Positions 25,773 to 37,150 of a DNA stretch of 64,000 nucleotides are shown here, piece by piece (the first letter of the stretch is position 1; the number at the start of each line of letters is the position of its first letter). The stretch spans positions 12,462,001 to 12,526,000 of the forward strand of contig NC_042997.1 of the NCBI RefSeq assembly GCF_006345805.1, in the 5' to 3' direction. The position numbers and the translations under genes are program-made. The notes beneath the pieces are model-generated. The model was not told where the DNA came from and ran no database searches. It saw only the letters and a list, made by a program, of their open reading frames with translations. The stretch comes from Octopus sinensis. Lineage: Eukaryota.

Positions 25773-26393
25773 TTAATATGTGTATTGATAGGTAGACAGA
25801 TAGATATCGATATTACGATGCAGACTATTCATACATACATACATCATACATACATACATACATACATACATACATACATACATTATGGCTGCCCCCCTCG
25901 TTATCAAGTATGGCCATTGCACGAAACTTAACTGTTACTGGGGCTGTGATCGAATGTGACATTTTAGCCCAGCTAAAGATCTACAATGTCTTGTACAAAA
26001 TTGGCAAAATTGACAAAATTGGCAACTAAAACCTACATACATACATACATACATACATACATACATACATACATACATACGTACATACATATACAGACAC
26101 ACGCACAGAGAGATATACTCACACATGTATTTATACATATAAACTTATGTGTGTGTGCGTGTGTGTGTGTGTGTGTGTGTATGAGAGAGAGAGAGAGCAT
26201 AATCAATTCTCTTATGTATATGAGAATTGATATACATAGGTATTTATGCCTAGTGGAGTGAGTTCTGGGGATTTTGTATAGGACGGCTTATTAGTTATTG
26301 AGGGAAGGTTTGTCAGGTGCCGAGAAAATGGGTTGACAATATTTCACATATGTATGTAAGTGCTAGATTGAATGTGTTTATCTATCTTTCTAC

Positions 26394-26511
<118 letters not shown>

Positions 26512-26747
26512 ATACACACACACATATAAGCATAAATATGTGTGTATATATGTATGTGTGTGTGCGTACGTGTGTGTGTGTGTGCGTACGTGTGCGTGTC
26601 TGAGTGTGTGTGCGTACGTGTGCCTGTCTGCGTGTGCGTTGCGCGAGCGCGTTTGTGTGTGAAGGCAAATGGTCTAGTGATTAAGGTGTTCATCACATGA
26701 GCACAACATCATGGCTTCAATTCGGTGACCTGGCAGCGAAAGATTTT

Positions 26748-27242
26748 CCCAAGACAGCTCCGGACCCCAGTAAGGAACTCATTTGCATACGGCCAATGTC
26801 GGTAGAGGGTGATGCGTTAGTGACCCTTTCCTCTTACTGTTTTACAACGTAAACAAAAACACAGATATCTACGCAGAGGCAGCTAGGTTTGAAACAAGAA
26901 CAAGAACAACAATTATTTACGTTATTTACATTATTTACATTCGACGGATATTTGTCCTCATCTTGTTTGTTGTTAACACAACGTTTCACAAAAGACAAGA
27001 TGAGGACAAATATTTGTCGAATGTAAATAATATAAATGATATATATAATATCTCAAATCTCTTAAATATAGAACTGAATAACAACAATTATTAAAAGAGA
27101 AAAGAGGCCTGGTCATTCCTTGCACAAGTGACCTTGTCTTATCGCCCATCATTTGTTACTAGCTCATAAATAAGTTTGATAGTTAAGCTCTGATTGGCTG
27201 TATGCAAATGAGTTTATGACCGGGGCCCGGAATTCTCGTGGG
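26748..27242. mobile_element. Putative non-autonomous TIR element containing a nested fold-back insertion
   Basis: 54-nt inverted repeats at 26744-26797 and 27193-27246 match ungapped at 43/54. Each carries ATTTGCAT plus CCAAT. Confidence 0.55.
26931..27076. mobile_element. Collapsed fold-back of the PLE family Y terminal repeat
   Basis: 36-bp arms at 26931-26966 and 26995-27030. The sequence matches 42441-42499 and 43385-43465. Confidence 0.8.
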
Positions 27243-27256
27243 TAAAAAAAAAAATT

Positions 27257-27309
27257 GCAAACTTACTAGATGCAATTCCATGGTCATTCATGACAGAAGA
27301 GGGTTTTTA
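27257..27309 (+). mobile_element. 3' tail fragment of SINE family D
   Basis: Matches the tail of 54186-54520 (tgcaatcccatggtcattcatgaccgaaggggg). Confidence 0.65.
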
Positions 27310-27337
27310 TACATACATACATACATATATATATATA

Positions 27338-28184
27338 TTTTTGTCTTTTTTCAGCTCAGAGCTGCGGCCATGCTGATGCACCGCCGTTTTGTGCTACACT
27401 GTTATTACGAAGAACCTCCTCTAATATGTGGCACTTGGTGAAGAATGGAGTTTGATGTAGCTACTCTCATTTGCACCTCTTGCCGCGAGGTAGGTTCATC
27501 TGGGACTCTCGACAGGAAGATGTCCAGCTTTGATTTAAAATCCGTTACATCTACTTTGGGAGAATATTAAAAATCTGGGTGACCATAGCTGTGAGCAGTA
27601 ATCCAGGCGGCTGGGGACGAATGTCCGCCAGAGGACCATCATGGTTTCCTTATCTCTGGTTCTGAATGTGCTTAGGATCCAGCCAGCCAGTCGTCTGCAC
27701 TTTGTCGCCATCCTGGTAATGTGCACTTGGAAAGATGTATCATCACTCATATCGATACCCAGGTCCCTCACAGACTTAGGCTCTGGGATTGAAATTCCCT
27801 GCGGACTGGTGTATCCTGTAAGTTTAATATTCAGTTTTGGATGCTGGTAGCGCAGGGCCTGGAATTTTTCAGCATTAAACTGCATATTATTATCCTCAGC
27901 CCATCTGTAGATTGAGTCCAACTCCTGCTGCAGGTGGCAACATCGCTGGGGTTCTGTATTTTCTGCGAGACCTTCGTATCGTCTGCATAGCTTGCCAGAG
28001 TGGCTATCCGGGCACTTGAGGGCATATCTGAGAGGGCCACTATAAAAAGCAGTGGTCCCAAGACAGTGCCCTGTGGAACACCGCTCACTATTTGTGTGTT
28101 CATAGAGGTGGCTCCATTAACCACTACTGCCTGACTTCTATCTTCCAGGAAGTCATGTAACCACACTCCAAGTTTTCCAACTAT
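27338..28184 (-). mobile_element. CR1/L2-like LINE fragment with internal deletion and intact 3' tail
   Basis: SGVPQGTVLGPLLF, YADDTKV, WAEDNNMQFNAEKF, RDLGIDMSDD, RLDYCSQLWSP, then a jump to KLDIFLSRVPDEP. Tail ggcggtgcatcagcatggccgcag. Confidence 0.9.
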
Positions 28185-28186
28185 AT

Positions 28187-28404
28187 ACTATTGTGTCTGG
28201 AGAGAGTAATTTTCTTTTTGTGCCTTATTATGTAACACACTCATCGGTAAAATATCCACTTTTTTCTTATTTTTATTGTCCTAAAATTTTTCGTTGCGTT
28301 TTTCAACCTTCAAAAAGAAAATGACTCTCCCCAGACACAACAGAATATGCTTCAACGCACGAACTCATATAAAGAATCTTGCAAACCAAATCAAAAAACG
28401 GAAT
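28187..28404. mobile_element. Fold-back family X, copy with centre deleted
   Basis: The left arm matches 3345-3467. It joins directly to the outer part of the right arm (aaaagaaaatgactctccccagacacaacag...), which matches the reverse complement of 3290-3385. Confidence 0.85.
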
Positions 28405-28801
28405 ATATATAAATATATATAAGTGTTAAAAAGTTATAGCGTGTAAATTAATAGCTTTATTTCTCTATTGTGAAAACATTTAATATGTATGCAAAGCGAC
28501 AGGGTACTCGCTTCTCTGGGATCGATCAATGAGGATTGAAAATAAATCAAGGCTGTTCATTATTATTATTTTTTTAAAAAATCTGTGTATTTTGACGTTT
28601 GAAAGTGTACTACGAAGTTTTACAAATATATCATATCATATTATATTATATTATATTATATTATATTGTATCATAAATAAATGAATAATTAATTAATAAA
28701 TGTGTGTTGGAAAAACTTTGAACTCATGGGTTCAGCAAGTTCGTAGATATTTATAAAACAGTAACTGGTTTCATCTAATAATAAAGTGAATATATATATA
28801 C

Positions 28802-28911
<110 letters not shown>

Positions 28912-29189
28912 CCAACTGAGGTTCTCTTCGATTATATACAACATGATTCTTATGTAATTCTACTTTTTTTTTCTATTTGTATATTTATTATCTCAACTTG
29001 CATATTTCTGAAAGACCGAGAGCAGAAACAACCAATCAAATTCATATGTGTATCTGTCAATTTGAATCATATCAAAATATGCATTATACGTACAATCACA
29101 ATTTTTATACCATTCTTGATCTCAACTTCCCGACGAACGGGAACGTGAAAATCTGAGCTCCAGTTTTTTGTGATGTTTTTGTGACATTT

Positions 29190-29503
29190 TAATAATAAAG
29201 TATAATACTCTACCTCCGGAATTCGAGTACTATTTTTATTTACCACCTTATTTCACGTTTATATGCTTACTCTGGTATATTTTTCACAATGTAACTACAT
29301 GTTGATTGTTGGCGACTTTTTCCCTCCGTCTTCCGTTTCTCTTGGACTTTCCTCTGTCTCCTGTTTCTGAAGAAAGGCTTTGCTCGAAACGTAAAACTAC
29401 TTTTCTATCTTCTCCTAAGTGTAAGTTAATATTTTGCATGTACCATGTCATCGCGTTGTTGTTTTTTTCTTGTGATTTTTCCACATTTCTTTTTTTTTTA
29501 CTA

Positions 29504-29507
<4 letters not shown>
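29190..29507 (+). mobile_element. Solo PLE-type 3' terminus ending against (TA)n
   Basis: Pyrimidine-rich segment, hammerhead motif, then gttgtt...tgtgatttttcc and (TA)n. Same layout as the 3' end of the PLE at 16981-18345. Confidence 0.6.
29363..29397 (+). ncRNA. Candidate type I hammerhead (canonical C3-G8 core)
   Basis: guuu CUGAAGA aaggc uuu gcuc GAA ACGU A aaac. Helix I is 4 bp, helix III is the ACGU palindrome and the triplet is GUA. Helix II is only 3 bp with an A.C mismatch at its base. Confidence 0.55.
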
Positions 29508-29551
<44 letters not shown>

Positions 29552-30187
29552 TAGATAGATATATATATTTATAAAAACCAATGTGTACGTACGCCGCTAT
29601 ATTTTATATATAAAAAATACAAAAATGGGACAAGAATGCAAAACATCTAGACAATTAGTTGAAACAAAAAAAGGAAAACAAAATATACAAACAGACAATA
29701 CAAGGAAAACAAGGACAATTATTCGGAATTTTCTATCCTCAGTCGAGTTCCAGATTATATTTGCAATTTCGGCTGGTTTTACTCGAGATTGCTCCAATCT
29801 GGCCAGCCCCAAGGAAAAATAAGCTAAGAGCATTACATTCCTTGCAAGAAAGCGGCAAATGTATACGAAAACAAGGATAGAAAAAAAAGAAGAAAAAGCA
29901 ACATAAATGTTACCCAAATACAAATAAAAGGACATAACAACAGGTGTCTTTCGACTAAGGGCGAATTAAATTAATCTGGCGTGTGTGGAAGTAAAGCTTT
30001 ACGGCAGGGACAGGAAGGAATATAGATGATGCATGGACAGTAGTCTGACCAAGAAAGAAAGGTCAGGCCTGGCCAAACACCGGTCACGTGGGGAGAGAAG
30101 AGAGAGAGGTAGAGGCAGAGGGACAGAAGAATTAAGGAGGGGCGAGAGACAAATGAAAGACACACATTTCTTTGTATTCTGTCATTC

Positions 30188-30538
30188 TTCGCCTGCCGTT
30201 ACATTCTGAGTTCAAATTCCGCCGAGGTCGACTTTGCCTTTCATCCTTTCGGGGTCGATAAATTAAGTACCAGTTACGCACTGGGGTCGATATAATCAAC
30301 TTAGTCCGTCTGTCTGTCCTAGTTTGTCTCCTCTGTGTTTGGCCCCTTGTGGGTAGTAAAGAAATAGGTATTTCGTCTGCCGCTATGTTCTGAGTTCAAA
30401 TTCCTCCGAGGTCGACTTTGCCTTTCATCCTTTCGGGGATCGATAAATTAAATACCAGTTGCGTACCGGGGTCGATCTAATCGACTGGCCCACCCTCCAC
30501 AAATATTTCGGTCCTTGTGCCTAGAGTAGAAAAGAATA
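30188..30538 (+). mobile_element. SINE family C head-to-tail dimer
   Basis: Two units, each with B box ctgagttcaaattcc and gaggtcgactttgcctttcatcctttcggggtcgataaa. Junction near 30367. Confidence 0.85.
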
Positions 30539-31371
30539 TTATTTACAACTTCATATTTCATTGCTTGTCCTTGATACAAATAGATAAAATGACTATTTTA
30601 ATTTATATATTTCAATAGACATGAATGACTTCTAAATATTTTTGTTTAAATGTATTTTTTTATTATTTTTGTACCATGCATTTAAAGATTTACTTGTGTT
30701 TTAGATTCTCAAAATCAAAATAATAAATTATGTCAAATTTACCTAATATAATGTATTTTAATTTTAAAAATGTTATTCTCGGCTGCAATATTATAAGTAC
30801 AGGAGAATTTTAATCTTAAGTATTTTTTAGTTTCCTTTAAATGTGACGAATTAGGCAAATTCTATTGTAGAAATCTTGTTCTGTACTTTTCCAGGTGTAA
30901 TAACTTAAGAATATTAACATGCACGTGTCTGCATTTTTCATTGTAATCCACAATTTTTCCAGGCAATACAATAAAAATAATAAATATTATTTTGTTTTAA
31001 ACAATTGAATTAAATGAAACCTACCTGTATATTTATTCTTTTAAAATTAATAATTTATTAGGATAATGGGAAATGTAATTATAATTGTTAAACATGTTAG
31101 ATCCTATATCTTCACTGTATATAATATTTTTATTTTGAAACAAAGTGCATAATACGAACGTGACAAAAAGAAAGTGCGAAAATTCATTGTGGAAAACAAT
31201 TTTCTATATAACTGAATGTAATGCTGATTTTATTATAAAATCAAGAATCAAATGAGCTAAATGTATATATAGTAAGAAGAGCTAACAAGAAAATGTATGA
31301 GAATATATCAACTATATAGTAAGAATAGAATCTGGTCATATGAATAGTAAAGCCATGGCTATTTTTTTTTG

Positions 31372-31569
31372 TTTTACTTGTTTCAGTCATTTGACTGCGG
31401 CCATGCTGGAACACCGCCTTTAATCGAGCAACTCGACCCCGGGACTTATTCTTTGTAAGCCCAGTACTTATTCTATCAGTCTCTTTTGTCGAACCGCTAA
31501 ATGACGGGGACGTAAACACACCAGCATCGGTTGTCAAGCAATGCTAGTGGGACAAACACAGACACACAA

Positions 31570-31610
<41 letters not shown>

Positions 31611-31770
31611 TACGACGGGCTTCTTTCAGTTTCCGTCTACCAAATCCACTCACAAGGCATTGGTCGGCCCGAGGCTATAGTAGAAGACACTTGCCCAAGG
31701 TGCCACGCAGTGGGACTGAACCCGGAACCATGTGGTTGGTAAACAAGCTACTTACCACACAGCCACTCCT
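31372..31770 (-). mobile_element. Full-length SINE family A
   Basis: Reverse complement aligns along its length to 20524-20969. Confidence 0.9.
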
Positions 31771-33059
31771 TTTTAAAAATATAAATATAGCCAATCCATC
31801 CACGGTAAGGCAGGAGGAGCCACCTGCGCTTGTTAGGGAAAAATTAGTTAGTCGAAATTCATGCAAAATAAAAATAAAGCCTGCAATTCAGCTATTGATC
31901 TTGTCAATTTGCTTGAAAGTAAAACATCTGAATCCTGCTACTCTGAAAATCTAATCATACTGTCTGAAAGCAAAAAACTTGTTGATTTATCTTAAATTCT
32001 GCAACTCGTAATATTTAATTAAAGTTTAAAAGCAAACAAAAAACTTATTGATATTTCAGAAGTTCTTACAAAGTTGTTCGTCGTAATGCCTCGCTTTCGT
32101 TTTGTTAAATGAAATCTTCTCCTCTTATAATGATTTTGCTTTCATTTTGTGATTGACAACTATCATGCAGAGAAAGCCAGCTTCTAAATCCTGTTTTCTG
32201 ATTAGAGGAAAATGGTTAAACTTTCATGTTCAGTAACATTTTTCTGCAATATATATGTATGTATGTATGTATGTATTTATGTATGTATGTATATTTGTAT
32301 GTATGTATGTATGTATGTATGTATGTATGTATATATGTATGTATGTACGTTTGTATGTATGTATGTGTGTGTGTGTGTGTCTGTGTGTTTATTGACGATG
32401 GACAACAGAAAAGAGTCCACTCGTCATGAATTGTTGTCAACTTACTCCCTCTCTCCTTAAAGCTACGTCACACTTACCTTTGTATCCCTCCGTAGGCGTT
32501 TTAAAATTTACTTGTGTATGAGCATGTGTGTGAGCATACGTGCGTGTGTGCGCGCGCGCGCGTGCGTGTGTGTGTGTGTGTGTGTCTATTTATGAAAGTA
32601 TGAATTATGTATGCATATGAAGTTAATTTCAGTCGTTGATCTTCAATTTTTGACCTTATATATTCGAAATCTCAACTTTTTTTTCTATTGAACCAAATTT
32701 GAAATTCTGTAGCTCAAAATGTAGCTTAGGAGGTGACGAATCTAAAAATGTATAAACGTCATCAAATTTGAAAAATACTGAATCAGTGACAAAGCCTAGA
32801 AGTGGTTGCGAGTGAGTAAATGTTGACCTTACGTCTGTGGATGATATTTGTTACAATATAATGCATTCTATGAATATGAAGTAGATCTTTGCAATATACC
32901 TAAATACTGGATTCCAATTTTGGCAGAAGGCCATCAAATCCGGAGGGGAGGGAAGTTGATTACATCGACCGCAGTGCTCAGTGGATACATATTTTATCGA
33001 GTAGCAAAAAAAAATTTATATATATATATATAAGGCAAAAACTACCTTGGTAGTATTTG

Positions 33060-33335
33060 ACCAGGTAGAAGCTGACTAAGCTCTTACAACACTCTGACTA
33101 AGTGTTAAAGCAACTGCTCGACAGTTCAAATGTGGACGTGATATATCTCGACTTTTTAAAAGCCTTTGATGAAGTCGACCATGGTATGATATGTCACAAT
33201 ATACGTGATCTCGACTTAGTCGGAAAACTTGGAGATTGGCTACCCGATTGACCTTTCAAATGATAAATGTCAATCAATAGAAATCAATGGAGTCACCTCT
33301 AAGAAAGCAGAGAAAATGAATGATGTTTAACCTAG
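33060..33335 (+). mobile_element. CR1/L2-like RT fragment
   Basis: VLKQLLDSSNVDVIYLDFLKAFDEVDHGMICH...GKLGDW. Confidence 0.8.
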
Positions 33336-33805
33336 GACAACGATTTTTTTCTTTTATCAAGCAACTAGGATGCATTGACAGTAATCATCTCGGCTGAAAT
33401 CAGAAATTAACGCACGACAATCGTTCGGCGTATATTTACATCAACCGCTTTAAGCAGTTTACGGCAGTAATTCATTCGGTTACCTGCGCGTGGCAATAGC
33501 AATCGCACCAATTGAGGTCAGTACTCAGTCCAAGATAACGTTCGGCGCATTTTACGTCAACAGCTGTTTATTTACTGTTTATTTACCTAAACTGTATCCC
33601 TATGCAGGACGCTCATGCGGTATTATTCCTGAATAAGATCAATCGACAGCACAAGTTAGATCAATTCCATGTATTTACAATCACCTGAATTAAAAAATTG
33701 GTTTTAGTGTGGTAGAGTTTAAAACAGGGCAGTAGAGTTCAAAACAGGTCATATCACATTGTGAACAATGGTATCTAATTTCCTTACGTTCCCCTTTTAT
33801 TTTAC

Positions 33806-34201
33806 ACTAGCAGTATCGCCCGGCGTTGCTCGGGTTTGTAAGGAAAATAATTATATAAGCATTTTTAGAGATGTAAAGTATAATAGCCATCTCAATATGG
33901 CTAACCACAAAGGGGGAGGGGTGTTACTGTAGCTTTTTACGTTCTGAGATTTAATAATAAATTTTAGAGAGTTACTTCCCTTATATATGTCAAAAATGGA
34001 TTAAAAATGGGAAAAATTGATGGTAAATTTTTTTTAAATCGTAGACTCATCGTAGACGCGCGCTAATACCCAGACGGTCTCGATATGAATCACGACTATA
34101 AGATACCCGGTTTTGGTTAAACTGCACCGCAAAATGTGGGAGTAGTTAGGAATCTAAATCGTAGGAGACAGACACACAACCTCACTTTTATATATAAAGA
34201 T
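33806..34201 (+). mobile_element. Non-autonomous Helitron-like element (Lep1/DINE-type layout)
   Basis: Starts ACTAG followed by a CCCG...CGGG hairpin and ends acagacacacaac...ttttatatataaagat, with no TIRs. A second copy lies at 45334-45730. The class is inferred from architecture. Confidence 0.65.
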
Positions 34202-34297
34202 TTCCTCTATTTACATAATATTGAGGTCTCTTTCTTTCTTTTGTTATCTTACTGTTTTTACCAATATACATATATATATATATAAATATATATATAG

Positions 34298-34618
34298 TTA
34301 CAGAGATGTACTTGCATAACAAGTGACTTGATCTGAGATCGTGTGCTGGAACGAAAACAGTTGCAGCGTTGAAGGTGTTTATAAGCCATTTAAGAAACAC
34401 ACAAAAACCGTTAGATTCACTTCAACATTTAAATTAAATTTGTCAAAATATTTTCGTCGCTTTGAGACCGCGACCTGTTAGCACGATATTTTTGTCAGTG
34501 AACAGGTCGCGGTCTCAAAGCGACGAAAATATTTTGGCAAATTAAATTTAAATGTTGAAGTGAATGTAACGGTTTTTGTGTGTTTCTTAAATGGCTTACA
34601 AACACCTCCACGCTGCAA
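34298..34618. mobile_element. Fold-back element family Z (inverted PLE-type terminal repeats)
   Basis: Arms at 34361-34479 and 34501-34618 have about 6 differences and a 21-nt spacer. The left arm extends to 34298 and ends against (TA)n. Confidence 0.9.
34491..34541 (+). ncRNA. Candidate minimal type I hammerhead ribozyme, G3-C8 variant
   Basis: uuuguca GUGAACA G GUCGC ggucucaaa GCGAC GAA AAUAUU U uggcaaa. Helix I is 7 bp, helix II is 5 bp and helix III is the palindrome AAUAUU. Predicted cleavage is after 34534. Confidence 0.7.
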
Positions 34619-34684
34619 TACACACATATATATATATGTATGTATGTATGTATGTGTGTATATGTGTATGCATGTGTGTGTGTG

Positions 34685-34900
34685 TGTGTGTCTGTGCTTG
34701 TGATTGTCCTCCACCACTGCTTGACAACGAATGTTGGTTTGTTTACATCCCTGTCACCTAGTGGTTTGACAAAGGAAACAGATAGAATAGTACAATGCTT
34801 ACAAAATTGAAACTGGAGTTGATTCATTAAACTACAATTCTTCAAGGCATTGCCCCAGCATGGCCACAGAGCAATGGCTGGAAAAAGCAGAAGAATAAAA
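34685..34900 (+). mobile_element. SINE family A 3' half, diverged
   Basis: gcttgacaac...ccctgtcacctagtggttt...aaggcattgccccagcatggccac. Confidence 0.7.
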
Positions 34901-34905
34901 GAATT

Positions 34906-35092
34906 GAGGGGGACCTCTACATGGTAGCTAGACCTGGTAGAAATATCAGCAAAATTCCCCCAAATCACACCTTACTGTCTTATCTATGTATATATGTATG
35001 TATGAGCCTATGAGGGAGACCCCTACATGGCAGCTAGACATGGTAGAAATAGCAGCCAAATCTCCCTCAAATCACACCTTACTGTCTTATCT
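34906..35092. repeat. Two ~78-bp direct repeats separated by a short microsatellite
   Basis: ctacatgg.agctagac.tggtagaaat...caaatcacaccttactgtcttatct at about 34908-34985 and 35012-35092. Confidence 0.8.
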
Positions 35093-35155
35093 TTCTGCTA
35101 CTTGGATATAGGTGTTATATTCGTCTAAAAAAACTTTCCTGTCACACACTCACGC

Positions 35156-35195
<40 letters not shown>

Positions 35196-35599
35196 CGTCA
35201 CACACACACACACGCACACACACACACACTCACACACACGCACGTTAGCTTACAATTTTATTTATATATTTGCGTGTGTATGTGTGGAAAGAGGAAGTGG
35301 GAGGCAGAGTGAAAGAATCACTCACTACAGTAAGTGAATTAGTTTCATTTTATTCGTTGCCCACTGTGTGTGTGCGTTTGCGTGTGGTGTAAACCAGACT
35401 AAGAAAAGCATTTGACACACACACCAGAATGTGAGTTTTCTGTAAATTTTGCTTAATTGGAGTTTAAATTTTAAAAACTGGACCTGGCATGACGCGATGC
35501 ATTGTACTGTTAAAAATGCCAGGTAAATTGTAATTGAAGAAATCCTATATTGTAGATTTGTATAACTCCCAAAGGGAGGCAGATAAAATCTGCCTTTTA

Positions 35600-35930
35600 T
35601 AATAAGAGATACTATGCATCTCTTCTTGACGGTGGGGGAAAAAAGTCGTAGAAAATGTCCATGTCCCTTCAACATGCAGTGAGGAGAGAGTCCGGTGTGG
35701 GGACGTTCGTGTGTTCTGTACTTTGGCATGTCTGAGTCCTGAATGTCAGTTCATCCACCACATTACTAAGCATCTGCCAAATCAAATGTGAGTTCACGAC
35801 ACACATCAACTATATGCAAGACATTTTTTGTACCATTTCACAAATTTTCTCACCGATTTGTGTGTCGTCGCCAGCTGATTTGAGCAATCGACTCCATCCA
35901 TCCATTCATTATATGCAACAACTGTTGAGG
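35600..35930 (-). pseudogene. piggyBac (PGBD4-like) transposase C-terminal relic
   Basis: VVAYNEWMDGVDCSNQLATTHKSVRKFVKWYKK, then LMCVVNSHLIWQML and GHFLRLFSPTVKKRC. This matches the YN..MGGVD..DQ catalytic-Asp motif. Frameshifted. Confidence 0.75.
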
Positions 35931-36259
35931 TGGTGCAGCTTTGTATAGCTTGGCGCAACGACCGTAAATTCTATGAAGCAGGACGCGACGACAGAGTTGC
36001 CGGAGCTGGAGTGGTAGGACGCGACGACCATAAATTCGACGAAACCCGGCGCTACAACAAAGTTGACAGAGCCGGAGTGACAGGATTAGCTTATCGGGTT
36101 GTAAATATTTACATGAAATATCTAATCGGCCTATCAGTTAGCAGGTGTGAACTGGTACTAACTCAGGCGACAGGTTGTAAGTCAGGCGGTGTGTAATTAC
36201 GTCGACTGATTTGAAACATGTACATTGCGTGCGTAGATTTACATCAACTGTTTTATAAG

Positions 36260-37150
36260 GGTTTACAGGGCACAGTCTTGGGAGTCACTGTGATTCGTAG
36301 TGACCCTCTCAGACATGTCGTCAGCTGCTCAGATAGTCACCCTTGCTAGCTATGCAGTTGATACAAAAGTCCCTCCGAGGATACAGAACCACGGAGATGT
36401 TGCCTCCCTGCAACATGAGTTGGACGCAATATAAAGGCGGGATGAGGACAATAACACACAGTGTAATGGTGGAAAATCAAAAGCCCTGCGCTCCCCCCCC
36501 CCCCCCCAAAAAAAGCTGAATGAAATGCAGACAGGATACACTGGCCCACGAAGAACTGCGATCCCTGAGTCAACAGTGCGCGACTTAGGTATAGACATGA
36601 GTAATGGTGCATCTTCCTGCATGCATATTATATGGTCACAACACAGTGTAAAACTAACGACGGAACTTGAAGCAATCCAGCGAAGCTATACAAAAAGAGG
36701 TTGTCTCAATGCGACATGTCAGTTAGTGGGGAAGGCTGAAAAAGTTAGGACTCTACTCCCTAGAACGAAAGTGGAAAAGATATGCAGTTATATACATCAG
36801 AAAAATCCTGTAAGGACTTGTCCCAGATTTTGGCATTGATAATTACACAAACAACAGAATGGGGGCGGATGGGAGCACTACATCCAAATATCCCCAAATC
36901 GCCATCAAAATACTGAACTGGATACTGCAACAATTTGGATTTCCAGGGCCCACCACTTTTCAGTATCTTGCGAAAGAGCCAGAGTGACCACCTACATGGT
37001 GTGTATGTAGGTGACATATGTCCTCTAGAGGATCATCATGGTTTCATGTTCTTTCGTCTGAATATCCTTCTCTCAAGAGTTCCGGATGAGCCTACCTCGC
37101 ACTTGGAAACGCGGATGAGGGACGCAGTATATAACTCACTCTTTCACCAA
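36260..37150 (+). mobile_element. CR1/L2-like LINE RT/3' fragment, decayed
   Basis: GTVLG, YAVDTK, VRDLGIDMS, ELEAIQRSYTK, LLSRVPDEPT. Confidence 0.8.

Noticed and set aside
29710-29745. Minus-strand CUGAGGA...GAAU hammerhead-like string
   Set aside because: The base of helix II is mismatched, 15.1 is U, and there is no adjacent helix I.
35930-36200. GC-richer segment with a faint gag-like H-R-x-Y-G motif on the minus strand
   Set aside because: Too degenerate to assign, and no other LTR-element features are nearby.
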